Assembly: GCA_047967505.1 (NCBI GenBank)
Contig: CM106538.1
DNA length: 64,000 nt
Source: Dipteris shenzhenensis
Lineage: Eukaryota
Direction: 5' to 3' (one strand)
Positions within the stretch are counted from its first letter, which is position 1, and each line of letters opens with the position of its first letter. The notes beneath the pieces are model-generated. The model ran no database searches, had not been told where the DNA came from, and worked only from the letters and a program-made list of their open reading frames with translations. The translations under genes and the position numbers were made by a program. Below are positions 1-13,180 of the stretch, piece by piece.

Positions 1-816
1 TTGGACACAAAAGCTAAAGGTTTTGTGGTTGAACTTTAAAATCTTAGGGATGATTCAAGTGGACAGTTGACTATTCTACAGATACTTGCCAACACAATCT
101 TAGGCTAGGACACATAGTCAACATGCCTTGCCTAAGTAGCTATAAGTCCTATGATAAATTATAGGGATACTACCACAAAATAGGAGGGTGATCAAATGGA
201 CTACCTTGTTCTAACCCGACCGGTATCAACAGTGCATGCACCTCGAGATGTACTACGATACACATATTGAAAGATTTCATTGTGTTAAATTTAAAAATGT
301 TAACACTATGCTATCTTCTTTCTCGACACAGCTGCCTAGGCACCCATCCCTAGTTAATAAAAATATCTACCTTTTTTTTTTGGCAGGGGGGGGGGAGAGT
401 GCATAATTCGGCGTAGGCACCACCTCCTATTATCTTACTATTAGTAATTTGCAAGCTGCCATGTGGTGCCCAAAGGGCTTGCCACATGGCATGAGTTGGG
501 GTGACTTGAGAGGTCTAAATATGGAAGATGGGGGATTTCAAAATTCCAGCGGAAGCTCTACCTTGCCACCCATTCATTACCCAAGTTTTTCCCCCTTGTC
601 AGTAGAAGACGTAGACATGTCCCTCCATCAAATTCAAGTGTCTCTCCTGTGCTTGGTAGCTCCCTCTAACTCCTTTGCCCAGGAACCCATAATCCATCAT
701 CCCCTTTCTTTCATGTCAAAAAATGTGTTGCGACAAGCCTAGGGGCTCTCCTAACAACTTCTATGAGTCACACTTTCTCTAAGTGCAACTAATGCTCATC
801 GAACGCGTAGGGGGTG

Positions 817-1065
817 CACTACTAAAAAACCCCACGTATCACCGTGTGTTCAAGGGGTATTTAAAAGACCCCTCAACTACAACTTCCCCCTAATAAAACC
901 ACCCCTCTTTTTACCGATGAACTAATGGATTTTTTACTAAATTTGAATTTAAAAACCCCTCCTAGTATTGTAATATTGTTAAGCTTTTACCTTGAGTTAA
1001 AATTAAAAAGCCCTCCTTTTGAATGCATGTGATACACTAACATTCTGTGAGGTAAACCCCCTAAG
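817..1065 (+). mobile_element. CACTA (En/Spm)-type transposon terminus with subterminal repeats
   Basis: CACTACTAAAAAACCCC starts at 817. It is followed within about 250 bp by several AAAA(A/G)CCCCTC-like motifs, typical of CACTA subterminal arrays. No matching opposite end was found. Confidence 0.5.
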
Positions 1066-2010
1066 ATCAAACGAGATGATTTCTTATGTGCTTGATGAAT
1101 GAGTGATCTCTCCTATGCTTTGCTGCCAAGTACTTTCATGGGAAATTTCAGGATGGCTAGAGTGCGAGGGGACAAGCCGGAGGACGGGGAAAGGGAACTT
1201 TTTGTGAGATTCAAAAGACTCGTGCTGCTTTTGAGCAGACTGTAATGAAGAGTTGGGAGATTGGAGATCAAGAGCTAGCAATAGCAAGTCTTCGATCACG
1301 TATTTCCGCTGCTCCAGAGCCTTCAATGGCAAAACGTCTCAAAAGTGGTCACAATAAAGAAGATGTTCTTGTCCTTACTTGTGATTAAAGCGGATGCTGG
1401 AACAAGCAACAGTGATCTGCCTAGCAATACATCAGGTAATGATCATTAACCATGTGCCAATGTTGGAGATGATTACATATCGTTGCATTATTTGAGATGG
1501 ATTGATTTCATAGGCAAGGCAGCATTCTTTAAACGAAAAGCTGTGCTTTGTACTTTTAAGTACTAGTGTCTCTCAAAGAGTCATAATTGAGTTTTGGGTC
1601 TCCTGCCAAATCTGCATGTGTCTCAGCCTTCTAGTTTCTGTTCTACCAAGTGCCTACCGTAATTGTGAACTTTAGGACAGCACTCGTTCAACTGCAAACC
1701 AATGAGTACTAACTACAGCATTTGTATATGGGATTCATTTCCTTCTTTTTCCTCTACACAAATTACTTTCTATCAGTCTTTGCCAGTTGCTTACAGTGGC
1801 GCAATGATCAGTTCACATTATATCATAACAATGAATTCAATATTGGTTTTTTGTATGACAAGAATGTTTCTTTATCCAACATTGCTTTGTCATTCAATAT
1901 TGGAACAATGCTCGATCTTCTCAAAATGGGCTATTTGGTTATTTCGCCCTTCGATTCTTCTTGATACTTTTGGTTTCTGGGTAGGTAATCACGTACTCTT
2001 TTCTTTAGAA

Positions 2011-2080
2011 AAGGAGTAGGTGGACGCTATGTAACAACAATCGCTAAGGAGTAGGTGGATGCTATGTATGAACAATCGCT
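2011..2080. repeat. 35-bp tandem duplication
   Basis: aaggagtaggtggaYgctatgta..aacaatcgct occurs at 2011 and 2046. Confidence 0.9.
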
Positions 2081-4202
2081 ACGACGATATACTTGTTCTA
2101 GGCTGTGTAAATAGCCTGTTTTCGAAGGTTCCGAGTTCCCACTTTTGGAAAGATTCCCAAAGTCTGCTTGGTTGAAGAGGCAAACGAGAATTAGATAGGG
2201 TCGTCCTACTCATTGGCTCTCATCATTGCTTTGCAGAAATGGGCTGCATTTTCGAAGGACGTTTCCCCATCAATTTTGAAGAGGAGCCACAGAAGTAGAG
2301 ACATTGCGTGACTTGATGGGTTGTGAGTTCAGCATCAATTCTCAATGGGCCTTTCGTGCAGCAAGACACATCTACACAGTAGCACATCGGCTCTTTCTTG
2401 GCAAAGCTGTGTTTTTGGCATTGTTGTGAAGAATTCGTTGCGAGAGGTTTCTTGTTAGAATGGAGAGCAGTGAGAGCGAGGAAGAGGATAAAGATGAAGA
2501 TGAACTTGGACTACTAGTATTTGAGCTCTGACAAGCTATGAGAGAAGAAATGGAAGAATGAAGGTAGGACTTCATAAAAAGGAGAGATGAATGATTGAAG
2601 GCGCATAAGCTGCAGCAAGGAAGTATTGATGATGAGACATGCATTTTGTTTACATCAGGTTCAGGCCCTTGCCACACTGTCAGGATAAAAGAGTTCCGCT
2701 AACTTCCACAACATCTTTAGTAACTACATTTGGTCTTGTTGTTGTAAGTCATGCAAGAAAAAATTCGAGCCTTTGATTGCCTTTCTACGAATTTGCTCGA
2801 AATGCATCTGTGCCATCAATCCCCTTACAATTCACCTCTGGAGAAATTGGAGGCTGTTGAGTTTGCAGGATCACAAGCAGGGCAGCTTTTGCTATTCTCA
2901 GGAGAGCTTTGATGTTCAAATTTGGTATTCTTCAACGTTGAGTAATATTCCACTCCATAGCTTTGATAGTTGCAGGGCTGCACGCTTTAATAATTGGCAG
3001 TGTGTTTTAATTTATGATGTACAAACCAGCAAGTTAGAGCAGAGGCTTTTCGATATTGCCCTGTCGAAAGGTGTATTGCAAGTTTCCACCCAGACAGGAA
3101 TGAGATCTGTCTACTAAACTGAGCGATTCTTTGATATCAGTACTGCATTAGATGGGCATGATGAAAGGACTCTGTTGCGAGGCTTGTTACGTAATGAAAG
3201 TGTCAGTTAAAAAAGGTGTTAAACGTCAAATTAAAGTATAAATCAAGCATTTCAATATAGATATAGAACATATTTACTGTGGGGATTAAAAAGTACTTTA
3301 AAATAGTAGACATGATGCCAACTAGTGCCATATCCACACAGAAATAGATAATGATACCATCCATGTCAGAGCAAAGTGCTAGAGAGCTGGAAAGCATAAG
3401 CCCACTGATGATGACTCTGATCCAGATGATGGTGTTGAACTGAGCTTGACAATCTAAGCAATGCCTTAGAGGTTGAAGCAGCTCCTGTACATTATTGTTG
3501 ACACATCCAAAGTTTCAGCCAAGACTGCCAGTGAGGAACGGTTTTCTCGTGGGAGAGACTTTCGCTGCTAACCAAAGATGAAAGGGTGAACTTGGAGCTT
3601 CCCAAGATCAACATATTGAGAACATCAGTCATGGAGATGGAAGCTTTGGTAAAAAATTTAAAGACAGATAATATAGATCACTGAGAAGATTATAGACTAG
3701 TGATGGACATTGGGTGAAGTTAAAGATGCAGCGTATTCTCAACATGGTGATCATATGTCATTCTGCCTCTTTGACGTACAAGGTGATCTTGATTCATAAG
3801 TTTGATAAAGGAGTGATGCAGCCTACTATAGTGGGATGCATGCGCAGACTATGAGTTCACCAGATTTGGCATGGGTAAATAGGATTTGAGTTAGATTTGT
3901 TTGAGGTGTATGACCAGCTTGGGCATGGTACAAAAGCTCAAGTCTTTAGGCAAATACGGAAGCTAATCTTAAAATTAAATGTGTACTTAGTCGTTAGTGT
4001 CCTCTCTACATATGTCAATGAGAGACCTTGACACCTTATTTATGCCCCTGCATAATTGAGAGTGGATTTGATGTAGACGATGCTGTGGAAAGTGTTCCTA
4101 TCCATTGAGATGGTTCCAGTGATCATGTTAGGGCTTGAGCATTTTGGAGGATGTGCTTGTTTTATTTTTTCTTTATTTCCTTGTTTTCTTAATGCTCCGC
4201 AG

Positions 4203-4288
4203 ATCCTTTTGGACACAGACATTGATGTGGATCATATGTTTGCAATCCTCTACCTTCTCAAGCAAGATCCATCCAAGGTAAATTGAAG
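4203..4288 (+). pseudogene. Isolated exon of an inosine-uridine-preferring nucleoside hydrolase (plant NSH3-like N-terminus)
   Basis: Polypyrimidine tract and AG at 4201-4202, then ILLDTDIDVDHMFAILYLLKQDPSK, matching the ILLDTDxDxDDxxALLYLLK motif with the last Asp changed to His. GT donors lie at 4278 and 4289. No other exons were recognised. Confidence 0.7.
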
Positions 4289-6771
4289 GTTAGATCCTTA
4301 TCCCTCTCTGCGATACGAGGAAGTAGTTACACATGTTTGTTGATTGCCATTATGTATCTTGGTTTTCCGTTTCAAATTTGTTCTCCCAATTTGGCAGTGG
4401 TGACACGTTCCGTAAATGTATCATGAATCTGAAGGGATGGTTTGCAAAAGGAGGGTCGCATTTGTGCTGGTGTGGAATGCTTGCTTATTCCATCCAAAAG
4501 CTTGCATCCTTTGTAGGCTTATGTGACCATTGGCTGCCTCCTCGCTTAATATTCCCCTACAACGGGCTAGAAAAAGCATGTGCCTAACTCCAACTTCCTT
4601 CCCTAACGTTATTATTCCTAATCACCCTGATATTATGCAGGCTTATAAGTATGGTATCTCTTGATATTATAATGAAGTCGATTCCATGAGCTACCTCCTC
4701 CTTTAATGTATCCTCCCTTAATGCTATCCTACAGTATGCTCCTGGCTCCCAAAATCATTTGCCAAAGCTCCAAATATTGCCACCATTTATGTAGAAAGGA
4801 CACGACCCATCTAAGGCTTTGTTCCCCTTATGTATATGCTCATAAGCTTAACCAACGTGCAAGCATAGTACATATATATGTCTTTTTTTGCCACCAGCAT
4901 TTGTTAAGATTGAGTGAGATTTTAAGCTTAGGTACAAATTGTGGCTATACATGGGTGGGATTGATAAGATATTGTCCAAGACCATGATGATTTTGAGCTC
5001 GAATGCATCTTAGAATCATCATGTCATGATTATCCTAATGCATCCACGAGTCGGATTTATTATGAATCGTGTATTCTATAATGCTTCAGAAGCAAAGTTC
5101 CCACATCCTGTGAGGGCTAGAGTGATGCCATAATTACATGTCCTATTATATCATATATGGTGTGGTAGTTGATTTTAGATGATGACCTGTTCTTTTGCGA
5201 TAGCTATAAAGTAAAATTCATTCCCATGTTTTTGTTGCAAGAATCATAGATCCGCATCCCTGCAAAGTATTTATCAACTAACTAGTTCCAGCCTCCTGTG
5301 ATATTCTTGAGGTTCAAGTGGGATCTAGTCAGCATAGGATGTAATATGCTGCCCAGGTCTGCCCTATGTATTCACATGTATGAAAAAGAATGCAATGGGG
5401 CATAAACTAGCTGGATTCGTGTGATTTTCTATTGGTCTTAGCTATCTCAAAGCTGAGAAATAGGGTGCTTAAGGCATCTATTGGTTGGTCTGTAGAAAAA
5501 TTATTTTGGATCTACCTCTTGTGTAAGTACATCCAATATATGGGCTGTTTAAACATATTTTTTTAATCTACCTTTTGTGAATGCGCATGTCAATTATTTC
5601 ATATGGTATTCCTTACTGCACTCTCTCTCTCTCTCTCATTCAGATTTGCAGACGTGCAGCCTACCCACGATATTACCTGGCAAGGTGGAGCCTCCAAGAG
5701 CCTCCTTGGTGTACACATACTGTACAGAAAGTCTGCATGTCAATCAGCAGCAGTTCATCGCTGTCTGGAGTAGATCTGGAGGCCTTGAATATGGTGTCAT
5801 CATCCCAAGATCTTGCAGGGAGTATACGGAAGACTGGCAAATGTGTATGGGTAGGTATGGAAATTTGTATTCAGGTTTGAGGAGCAGAAAAAATGATTTT
5901 CCTTTCTTTGATTTGAAGGTTTAGTGTGTGTCGTTAACAAGCTTATTATAAGCAATCTTTTAGCTCTCAAATTACTGATGCAGTAATGTATATCTATCAT
6001 CTCAAGCATCAGATGCCTTTCATAATGTTTTATTCAAAATATCGAATCATAAATAGCCTTATGGGCATGAAATTTGATCTTTTAGGCAATTTGCCATGGC
6101 TTGCAACAAAAAATAGAACTTACATGGCAGTAGAGGAGTAGCTAAGAATGGCCTAGATTATCAGATAGAGGTTTGCTTTCTCACTAATTGTTACTAGACT
6201 ATTGCTGTAAGCACTCTTTTGGAGACACATTGAATGACTCACTATTGCCGTTGTTACACAAACTACTATTTTTGTAGTTGTTTTTGTTCAGGGAAGCAAC
6301 ACTGGCTGGAAGGCTTCAATGACTGCCATTTGTTTGGAGGATTTGCTCTCATCTACAACATTGAAACTGATCATCATTTTATCCATCAAGGAGACCTCCT
6401 ACTGCTACAATCGACATCTTTCCTTGGAGTTTTACAATCTATCAGTTGCTGTCTTCAGGAAAGTAAAGCTACATTTCTATTGTCGTCAAACAAGTATATC
6501 TACTCAAGCATTCCTGAATTCACTGTGCTGTACTATACCTCTATTTGGATGATTGCTGAAGTCTTCCCAAATGCATGATAAAATTCTATTGTGAAGTGTC
6601 ACCATCTTTGGAGACAATTTTGCCTCTATTTTGCACAAAAAACAGTGCAAAAATGGGCTTTTAGTTCTATGCTGAGTCAGTAATTTTTATATTGTTGTTG
6701 GACACCTGCAACAAGTCAAACTTCAACTTTTCATTGGCTTTCTTGGATTCAACAGTTGAATACAGCAAACA

Positions 6772-7407
6772 GTGTGCTGTCTTAAAGGTTTGGCGATCAA
6801 AATCATTGACTTTCTATTGTTCTTGTCAGCATTCTAGAGGCATGTGATTGCATCTTTTTCCGCATTGTCTAGAGACGTTCGTAGTAAGATTCAGATTGTT
6901 TGACAAACATTGAGCTCAAGATAATACTCTCTTGAAAAACACTGATCACGAGATATGACCGGCTTGATTGATATGTCTACCAACTTGTGGAGTTGTTGAG
7001 ATTGCTTTCTTACATGTGAAGAGGAAATCAAGAAGCACTCCATAGATGTAGATAGTCCAAATATAAGATGTCATACCTTGGATGTAGCGTGTGCTGTCTA
7101 TAAGGTTTGGTGATCAAAATCATTGACTTTCTATTGTTCTTGTCAGCATTCTAGAGGCATGTGATTACATCTTTTTCCGCATTGTCTAGAGACGTTCGTA
7201 GTAAGATTCGGATTGTTTGACAAACATTGAGCTCAAGATAATACTCTCTTGAAAAACAGTGATCATGAGATATGACCGGCTTGATTGATATGTCTACCAA
7301 CTTGTGGAGTTGTTGAGATTGCTTTCTTACATGTGAAGAGGAAATCAAGAAGCACTCCATAGATGTAGATAGTCCAAATATAAGATGTCATACCTTGGAT
7401 GTAGCGT
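6772..7407. repeat. Near-perfect 317-bp tandem duplication
   Basis: gtgtgctgtc...ccttggatgtagcgt starts at 6772 and at 7089, with few substitutions between copies. Confidence 0.95.
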
Positions 7408-7544
7408 TTACTTGTATGTGACTTGGTACTGTCCTTGTGTTAGAGGAAGATGTATGCTTACACGATGTTGTAGATGTTGATGTGCATGCATTGTCTATTG
7501 TGGATTACAATGTAGCTCTTGTGTATGATGAATGAAGTGGATGT

Positions 7545-8350
7545 TTTGCATCTTGAAAGTCTATGGCATCATAGAGCAGTTGATATGGGAACAAGTGCTT
7601 GATGAGCATCTTGTTAGAATGTCATCTCCTAGTCTGTGCATTGATTACACAATATGCACAACATGGGCATTGTGAGGAAGCAATAAACTCTCTTTGAATG
7701 GTCCAATGCAAGCCTCTCTCCAAATGCATGCACCATAGTTTGCATCTTGAAACCTTTTGGCAATATAAGGTAAAACAATAGTACATGCTGAAATTATTAG
7801 ATAGGGTTTGCTAGGAAATGGTATTGTGCTTGCCAATCTTTCATGGATATGTGGTTTGCTAGGAAATGGTATGATGCTTGCCAATGCTTTGATGGGATAT
7901 GTCGCTCGCTTGCAAAGGCAGAAACCCGATTGACAAGCTTCCAATTCACCCCTCTGAATTGTTGAACCATCGATTTGATGGATGAGAAATGTTCGAGGGT
8001 GAGGTGTGCACATATGGGTTGCAGATTGCAAGTCGGCCAAGAAAAGGTGATTTTGGCTTGTTCAAATTGGGCATAAATGATTATAATTATCTAATATAGA
8101 TCGTTGACTTGCTCAAACTTGGACAGTGTTATCGACCAATCTTGGACCTTGCCCACGATTGTCCTACCCACAATTGTCCACACTTGACTATTGGTTGAGC
8201 CTTGGACTTGACATGCCTAATGTGTTGTCAGTTGTCATCGGGCACATTCGTGCACGCGATAAAAAGGATGCAAGGTGACGGAGTGTCTCCAAATGCAATC
8301 ACCTTTACTTGCATCTTGAAAGTTGTGGTAGCATAGGAATAGAAGATAAG
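7545..8350 (+). pseudogene. Degraded PLS-class pentatricopeptide repeat (PPR) gene fragments
   Basis: Frameshifted translations give LITQYAQHGHCEEAINS, LSPNACTIVCILK, VHAEIIR*GLLGNGIVLAN and MQGDGVSPNAITFTCILK..GSIG. Unrelated sequence interrupts it at about 7950-8250. Confidence 0.8.
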
Positions 8351-8699
8351 TTTTGGCAAATACATGATGACATGATTAAACAAGAGGGCATAGACAGTGT
8401 CTAATAGCACTACCCCTTTGTTAGCATTGCCTTCAGGCAGAGCTCTCATTACACTTTTGTTAAACAAGGTGGCGTTGCCACTATGGCCCTGTCTTTTTTT
8501 AAAAAAGGTTTGAACGAGTGTTTTCCTTTTTTTTAGGTTTCTTTTTTTTGTTTCTTTTACCTATTTATTTTTTTTCTTGTGACTTGGCTCTTTTTTATTT
8601 TGTTTTTATCTATCTTGCATATACATTTGTGAGCTATTCGAAGTTTCCTATATGCAGGGCTTTAGATTTAATTGATCAACGTATAGCATTTCTTAAGAT

Positions 8700-9620
8700 T
8701 TTTTTTTTCCCTATGTGTGTATGTATATTATGAAATGATCCATCCAATATGCGTATGATGTTCCACAACGAGTGGCTTGTTTTGGAATGTTGCTCCAGAT
8801 GTGATCCAATTGTGTTCCATATATTGTCGTGATGTGATGGCACTGTAAGTTGTACTTGAAATTGGCCATAAAACGTAGGGCTTTAGGTGGTTTTTACATT
8901 TTTCTTAATATATATTATTATTATTATTTTGTGTTTTATGTGAGAAGGTTTTCTATCCTGTCTTTAGAAATTGATCAATGTATAGTATTTCTCGAGGGTT
9001 TTTTTTTTCTTATGCGTATATGTATGTCATGGAATGATCTGTCCAATATGCATATGATGTTTCACAGCGAGTGGCTTCATTTGGTATATTGCTCTAGATG
9101 TAATCCAATTGTGTTCCATATATTGTCGTGATGTGATGGCACTGTAAGTTGTACTTGAAGTCGATCATAATTTCTTTTAATGTTTGTGACTGTTTTGTTT
9201 TTTGTAATATGTCAATGTTGAAATCTTCTATTAATATCACGTTGTTTGCATTGTTGATGTTCGATAGTATGGTTTTTAATAATTGGGAAAATAATTTATA
9301 TGTACTAGATGGTGATCTGTATAAATTGTGTATTGGTTGTTTTTTGTTTCGATGTGTGTAGTTGTTATATTTCAATTCCGTGTTTTGTAATGTTATTTGT
9401 TCGTAGAATGGTGATGTGATTTCGTATTAATATATGCAGGTGGAGCGGTTGTTTATGCATTTTTAAGTTGAAGGGAGACGTGTTTCTCTTTTTTCAGTAT
9501 GGGTTTCTTGTAAGCAAATAATATATGAATTCATGTGTTGGAATGGCTACGATGTCTTCTTTGTATTTTTGTAATGATCTTGTGTTTAAAGATTGAATAA
9601 AAATAGTCCTTTCTTTATGG
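8700..9620 (-). pseudogene. APE-type endonuclease domain of the Helentron (C-terminal part duplicated)
   Basis: IQSLNTRSL, NLYRSPSS, VILIEDFNIDIL, TTIYGTQLDYI and YWTDH. About 190 bp of the C-terminus is repeated at about 8670-8860 and 8970-9160. Confidence 0.85.
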
Positions 9621-9744
9621 TTGTGGATTTCATTGTTGATATTTTCCCATTTTGATTGAGTAGCTAGTCTCTGCATTTCTTTGTGTACATCTTTATCTAC
9701 AAGAAAGTTTTGTTGTTGTAGTAGTTGTAGCAAGTAAAGGTTTT

Positions 9745-10860
9745 GTTAGCCCTTGGGATCTGTGTATGGTTCTCGCTGCAGTTGGTTGGATCAGGAATTG
9801 TCATCGAGTGAGGAAAGTTTTTTTAGAAGGGCCAATTTGTATTTCTTTTGTTACTCTTAATATTGGTGTCCATTTTCAATTAGTAGTTGTGTACGCATGG
9901 ATCTTGTTTCTCTTCCTATTTGTGGGTTTTGAAATTAAATCCATATGATGTCATCATTTTGATTTGTGGACATGCTCATGAAAATACCATCTGCGCCGTT
10001 TACAAGTCCGTCTTGTTGATTTATGTTTCCTGAGCATATTTTAACCAGCATTTTGTATAATTGTTCTTAGGCCATCTGAATAGTTTACATGAAATGTGGC
10101 TATTATTATTAAATGTATCAATTGCTTTAATGTTATATTCTTTTCCTTTTGTTGCATGAAATACCTTTTCGTTGTGGTTATTCATGTCGAAGTTTGTGTA
10201 GTAAAGATGGGGGAAAGTGGGGTCTTGTGGTAGTGGATGGAAGCAGCGGTCATTTATGTATTTTATTTGTTCTGGAGTGTGTGCACATATTGTGAAACTG
10301 TTGAATGCCTCTATGAATTTGTTGTTGTTTTGTTGCAATGGTTGTTTCAGCTCGTAACATTTTGGTTTGTAAGCCAGTATGTGTCTGCTATTGTTTCGAG
10401 TGTCTCTTTTTCTTGTTTGAATACCCAACTGTCTCTTACTGGTTTGGCTTGGTACAAGTCCCCTAAACAAATGACATCGATGCCATCAAAGTATTCCGTG
10501 TGGTTTCTTTTGAATGTATGCATGTGAAGGTTTGCAAAATCTAAAGTTCATCTACCAACTAGTGAAATCTCATAAAATACAATAAGTTGTACTTGTTCCT
10601 ATAGGCGAATAAGTGTATCTAGTTTTTCTCTCCAAGCTTGTTAGGTTCTTTGTTTGTAATGGTAAATGAAGTGCAAAGTGAAAAGTGAGCCCCTTTATGT
10701 TGTATGCCGCTTTTCTTGTATAGGCTAATATTAGGACATATATCAAATTGTAATTTATGTTTTGTATTGTTTGATTGTAATGTCACAACAAACCTTGAAC
10801 TAAGAGCATCAGAAGATATGTTTTCCCTGCTCTAGTCCCACCTACTAAAAACAAGTGTAT
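9745..10860 (-). pseudogene. PIF1-like SF1B helicase domain of the Helentron
   Basis: Walker A HLFLVGGTRAGKTYLL (about 10815-10860), AYTRKAAYNIKG, NQQDGLVNGADG and R*QFLIQPTAARTIHRSQG. Motif VI appears deleted. Confidence 0.85.
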
Positions 10861-11692
10861 TTTTTTGTTTGGTTTTATTCATTTTTGTATCATAATGTCA
10901 TCGAATAGTTATCTTTGTTCAAAGTTCAATGATCGAATCATTTTGAAGTACTCGCCATTCTGCATGAGAATTTATTTTTTAATAGGAATTATGAATTTGT
11001 TATTTAGTATTTTCTGCTATTTTGCTTTCATGTCTAATGCAATGTCGTATTTGGGGAAGTTGTGGTCTTAAGTTGCGTCATTTTTTATTTTTGTATCATC
11101 TTGTTTGTTGATTAACTATCGCAAGCATTTGTTTCTTAATCGTTGTCGTCGTCTTTTGTATATAAAGCTCTATTTTTTGTAATTGTTTAATATCGAGCAT
11201 TATAAGCCTCTTTCCAAGATCCATGTATTAATAATTCATGTTCTTCATCGTTTTTGAAAGGAAAGTATGATAGTAACTGTTCACGATAATAGTTCTCTAG
11301 ATCTTTTGTTACATTGAACTTGATGAATCTTATGATTTTGGTTTTTTTCCTTTTTTTGATGGTCCCGCTTTTTTTATCGTATTCTGCAACAAATGTTGTT
11401 CATATTTTCTCTTTTTTTATATTTGTCTATGATAGTTTGACATGTAATATCTCTTGATTCAATGAGGACTTGTTGCAATTGTTGTTTTCTTTTAAGAATG
11501 AGAGCTCTATTTTGTTGATGATTTGTGTTTATGAAGGAAAATTCTCTTGTTGTTCTGTGTAATGGGTAAAGATAGAGTAATGAAAGATGCTAATTGTGCG
11601 CACATTTGTTGTGCATGCAAAAATGATTTTCCCATTGCTCGCAATCTATCGTGTATGTTACTGTCATTTTTTGTGCAACCTTTCATTGTTTG

Positions 11693-12570
11693 TCAGAGAC
11701 TTGTTGTTATTGTGTTAGCCATTTTTGTCATGTATGAAGTGCAATATGTTGTAGCCGAGTATGGATCGATAATGTATTGTATGTCCATGCTTGATTGCCA
11801 TAAAAAACTCATTTCATGATTGAAAGCATTCGTGAAAATGTCTTTTGGTTGTCTCTTTAAGAACATGGTTGTTTTTTCAATTGATGAATGTAGTGCTAGT
11901 ATATATGTTGAAATGTCAATTCCAATATCGACTACCCATTCAGCAAATGCCATTTGTGAGTCAGGTTCTATACGATTTATACTTGTAGAAATAGATTGAT
12001 ATATTTGTTTGTAACTATGAATCATGCTTTGTGATAGAGGTTCTAGTATCACTATTTCATGTAGTGGAGGCTTTGGATAGTGAAATCAGCAATTGCTGCT
12101 GTTGTTTTTTTTTCAAGTGAATGTGTGTTTATACATTTGTATGTCTTTAATGTGTGTTGGTAGCAGGCTCCTGTCGCATGTTATGTATTTGTCAATAAAG
12201 GAGACAATTTTCTCCTCCTCATGAATACCATATATAGGTCCAGGTTGCACACATAAAATTCCGTGTTCATGCTGGCTTCCTCTATTTTGAAATTTTGTAA
12301 TGAAAAAGTAGTCCATGATATTTTCAAGTAATCGTTTGTCTTTTCTTATCAAATTTAGGATTTTTTGGAGTTTATGTGTGTAATATCTTACACATATCGT
12401 CGGGTTGTCTCTTATTAGTTCTCTTATTGTGACATTCGAGTCTTTGTCTTTCTATTGTGTTTTCTTGTTGTTTGAGTACTTTTGTGGTAGACATCTTGTC
12501 AAAGGTTCCCATAATCATTCTGCACACGATAGCATCATAAATAAGGTTGGACGTCCCAATTAACATCTAA
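11693..12570 (-). pseudogene. HUH Rep (rolling-circle initiator) domain of the Helentron
   Basis: Motif 1 LGRPTLFMMLSCAE, motif 2 KFQNRGSQHEH (12263-12295), FIDKYITC, and motif 3 MDIQYIIDPYSATTYCTSYMTK. Confidence 0.9.
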
Positions 12571-12630
12571 GCTCCAATCAGGGAGGGAATGGTCTGTTCT
12601 AGGGTCAAACATGAACTACTAGCAATACAT

Positions 12631-13180
12631 TGTTAGTATCGATAATAAGGGATGGATTTCCCTTGCAATAATCTTCTTGAAATTTTGGAGGTGCCATGAA
12701 AACCGGCGGAACCTTGTCAATCTCTTGACAAAATATAAAGAGGGGAGAGGAGAGGACTGGAGATGAGGAGGGAGGGCACAGCTAGAGAGCACACCCCAAA
12801 TGACTAACTGTACACTAGATTTAAAAAATGTAGAATATATACAAACCCTTTTAGGGTTAGGGTTAGGGCATCTAACCCTTTACTCTAATGGGTTGATGCT
12901 ATGCACATATCTAACACATGATGTTGAGATGGTTTCTCAACACCTTCCCTCAAGATTAATAGCATGAAGTAGGCATTCCCTCAAGATGATGATTCTGGGG
13001 AATCAAAGAAGGACTGAGCATTACATTCCATTACACCCCTTTAATGGGAATGTCCTTCCTCTGTGTCAAACCAAGATCTTGTCGGTGCTTCTCATAAAGC
13101 TCTTTACGAAGTGGTTTTGTAAAGATGTTTGCAACATTCTCTTTGCTATCACAATGTTGCAGTGTGATGCCACCAAGTAA
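12631..13180 (-). mobile_element. 3' end of a Ty1/Copia element nested in the Helentron (RNase H tail, PPT, about 312-bp LTR)
   Basis: The minus strand reads ITLQHCDSKENVANIFTKPLRKELYEKHRQDLG, then the purine tract TGAGGGAAGG abutting TGTTGAG at 12942. The candidate LTR 12631-12942 is bounded by TGTT...AACA. Confidence 0.75.
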
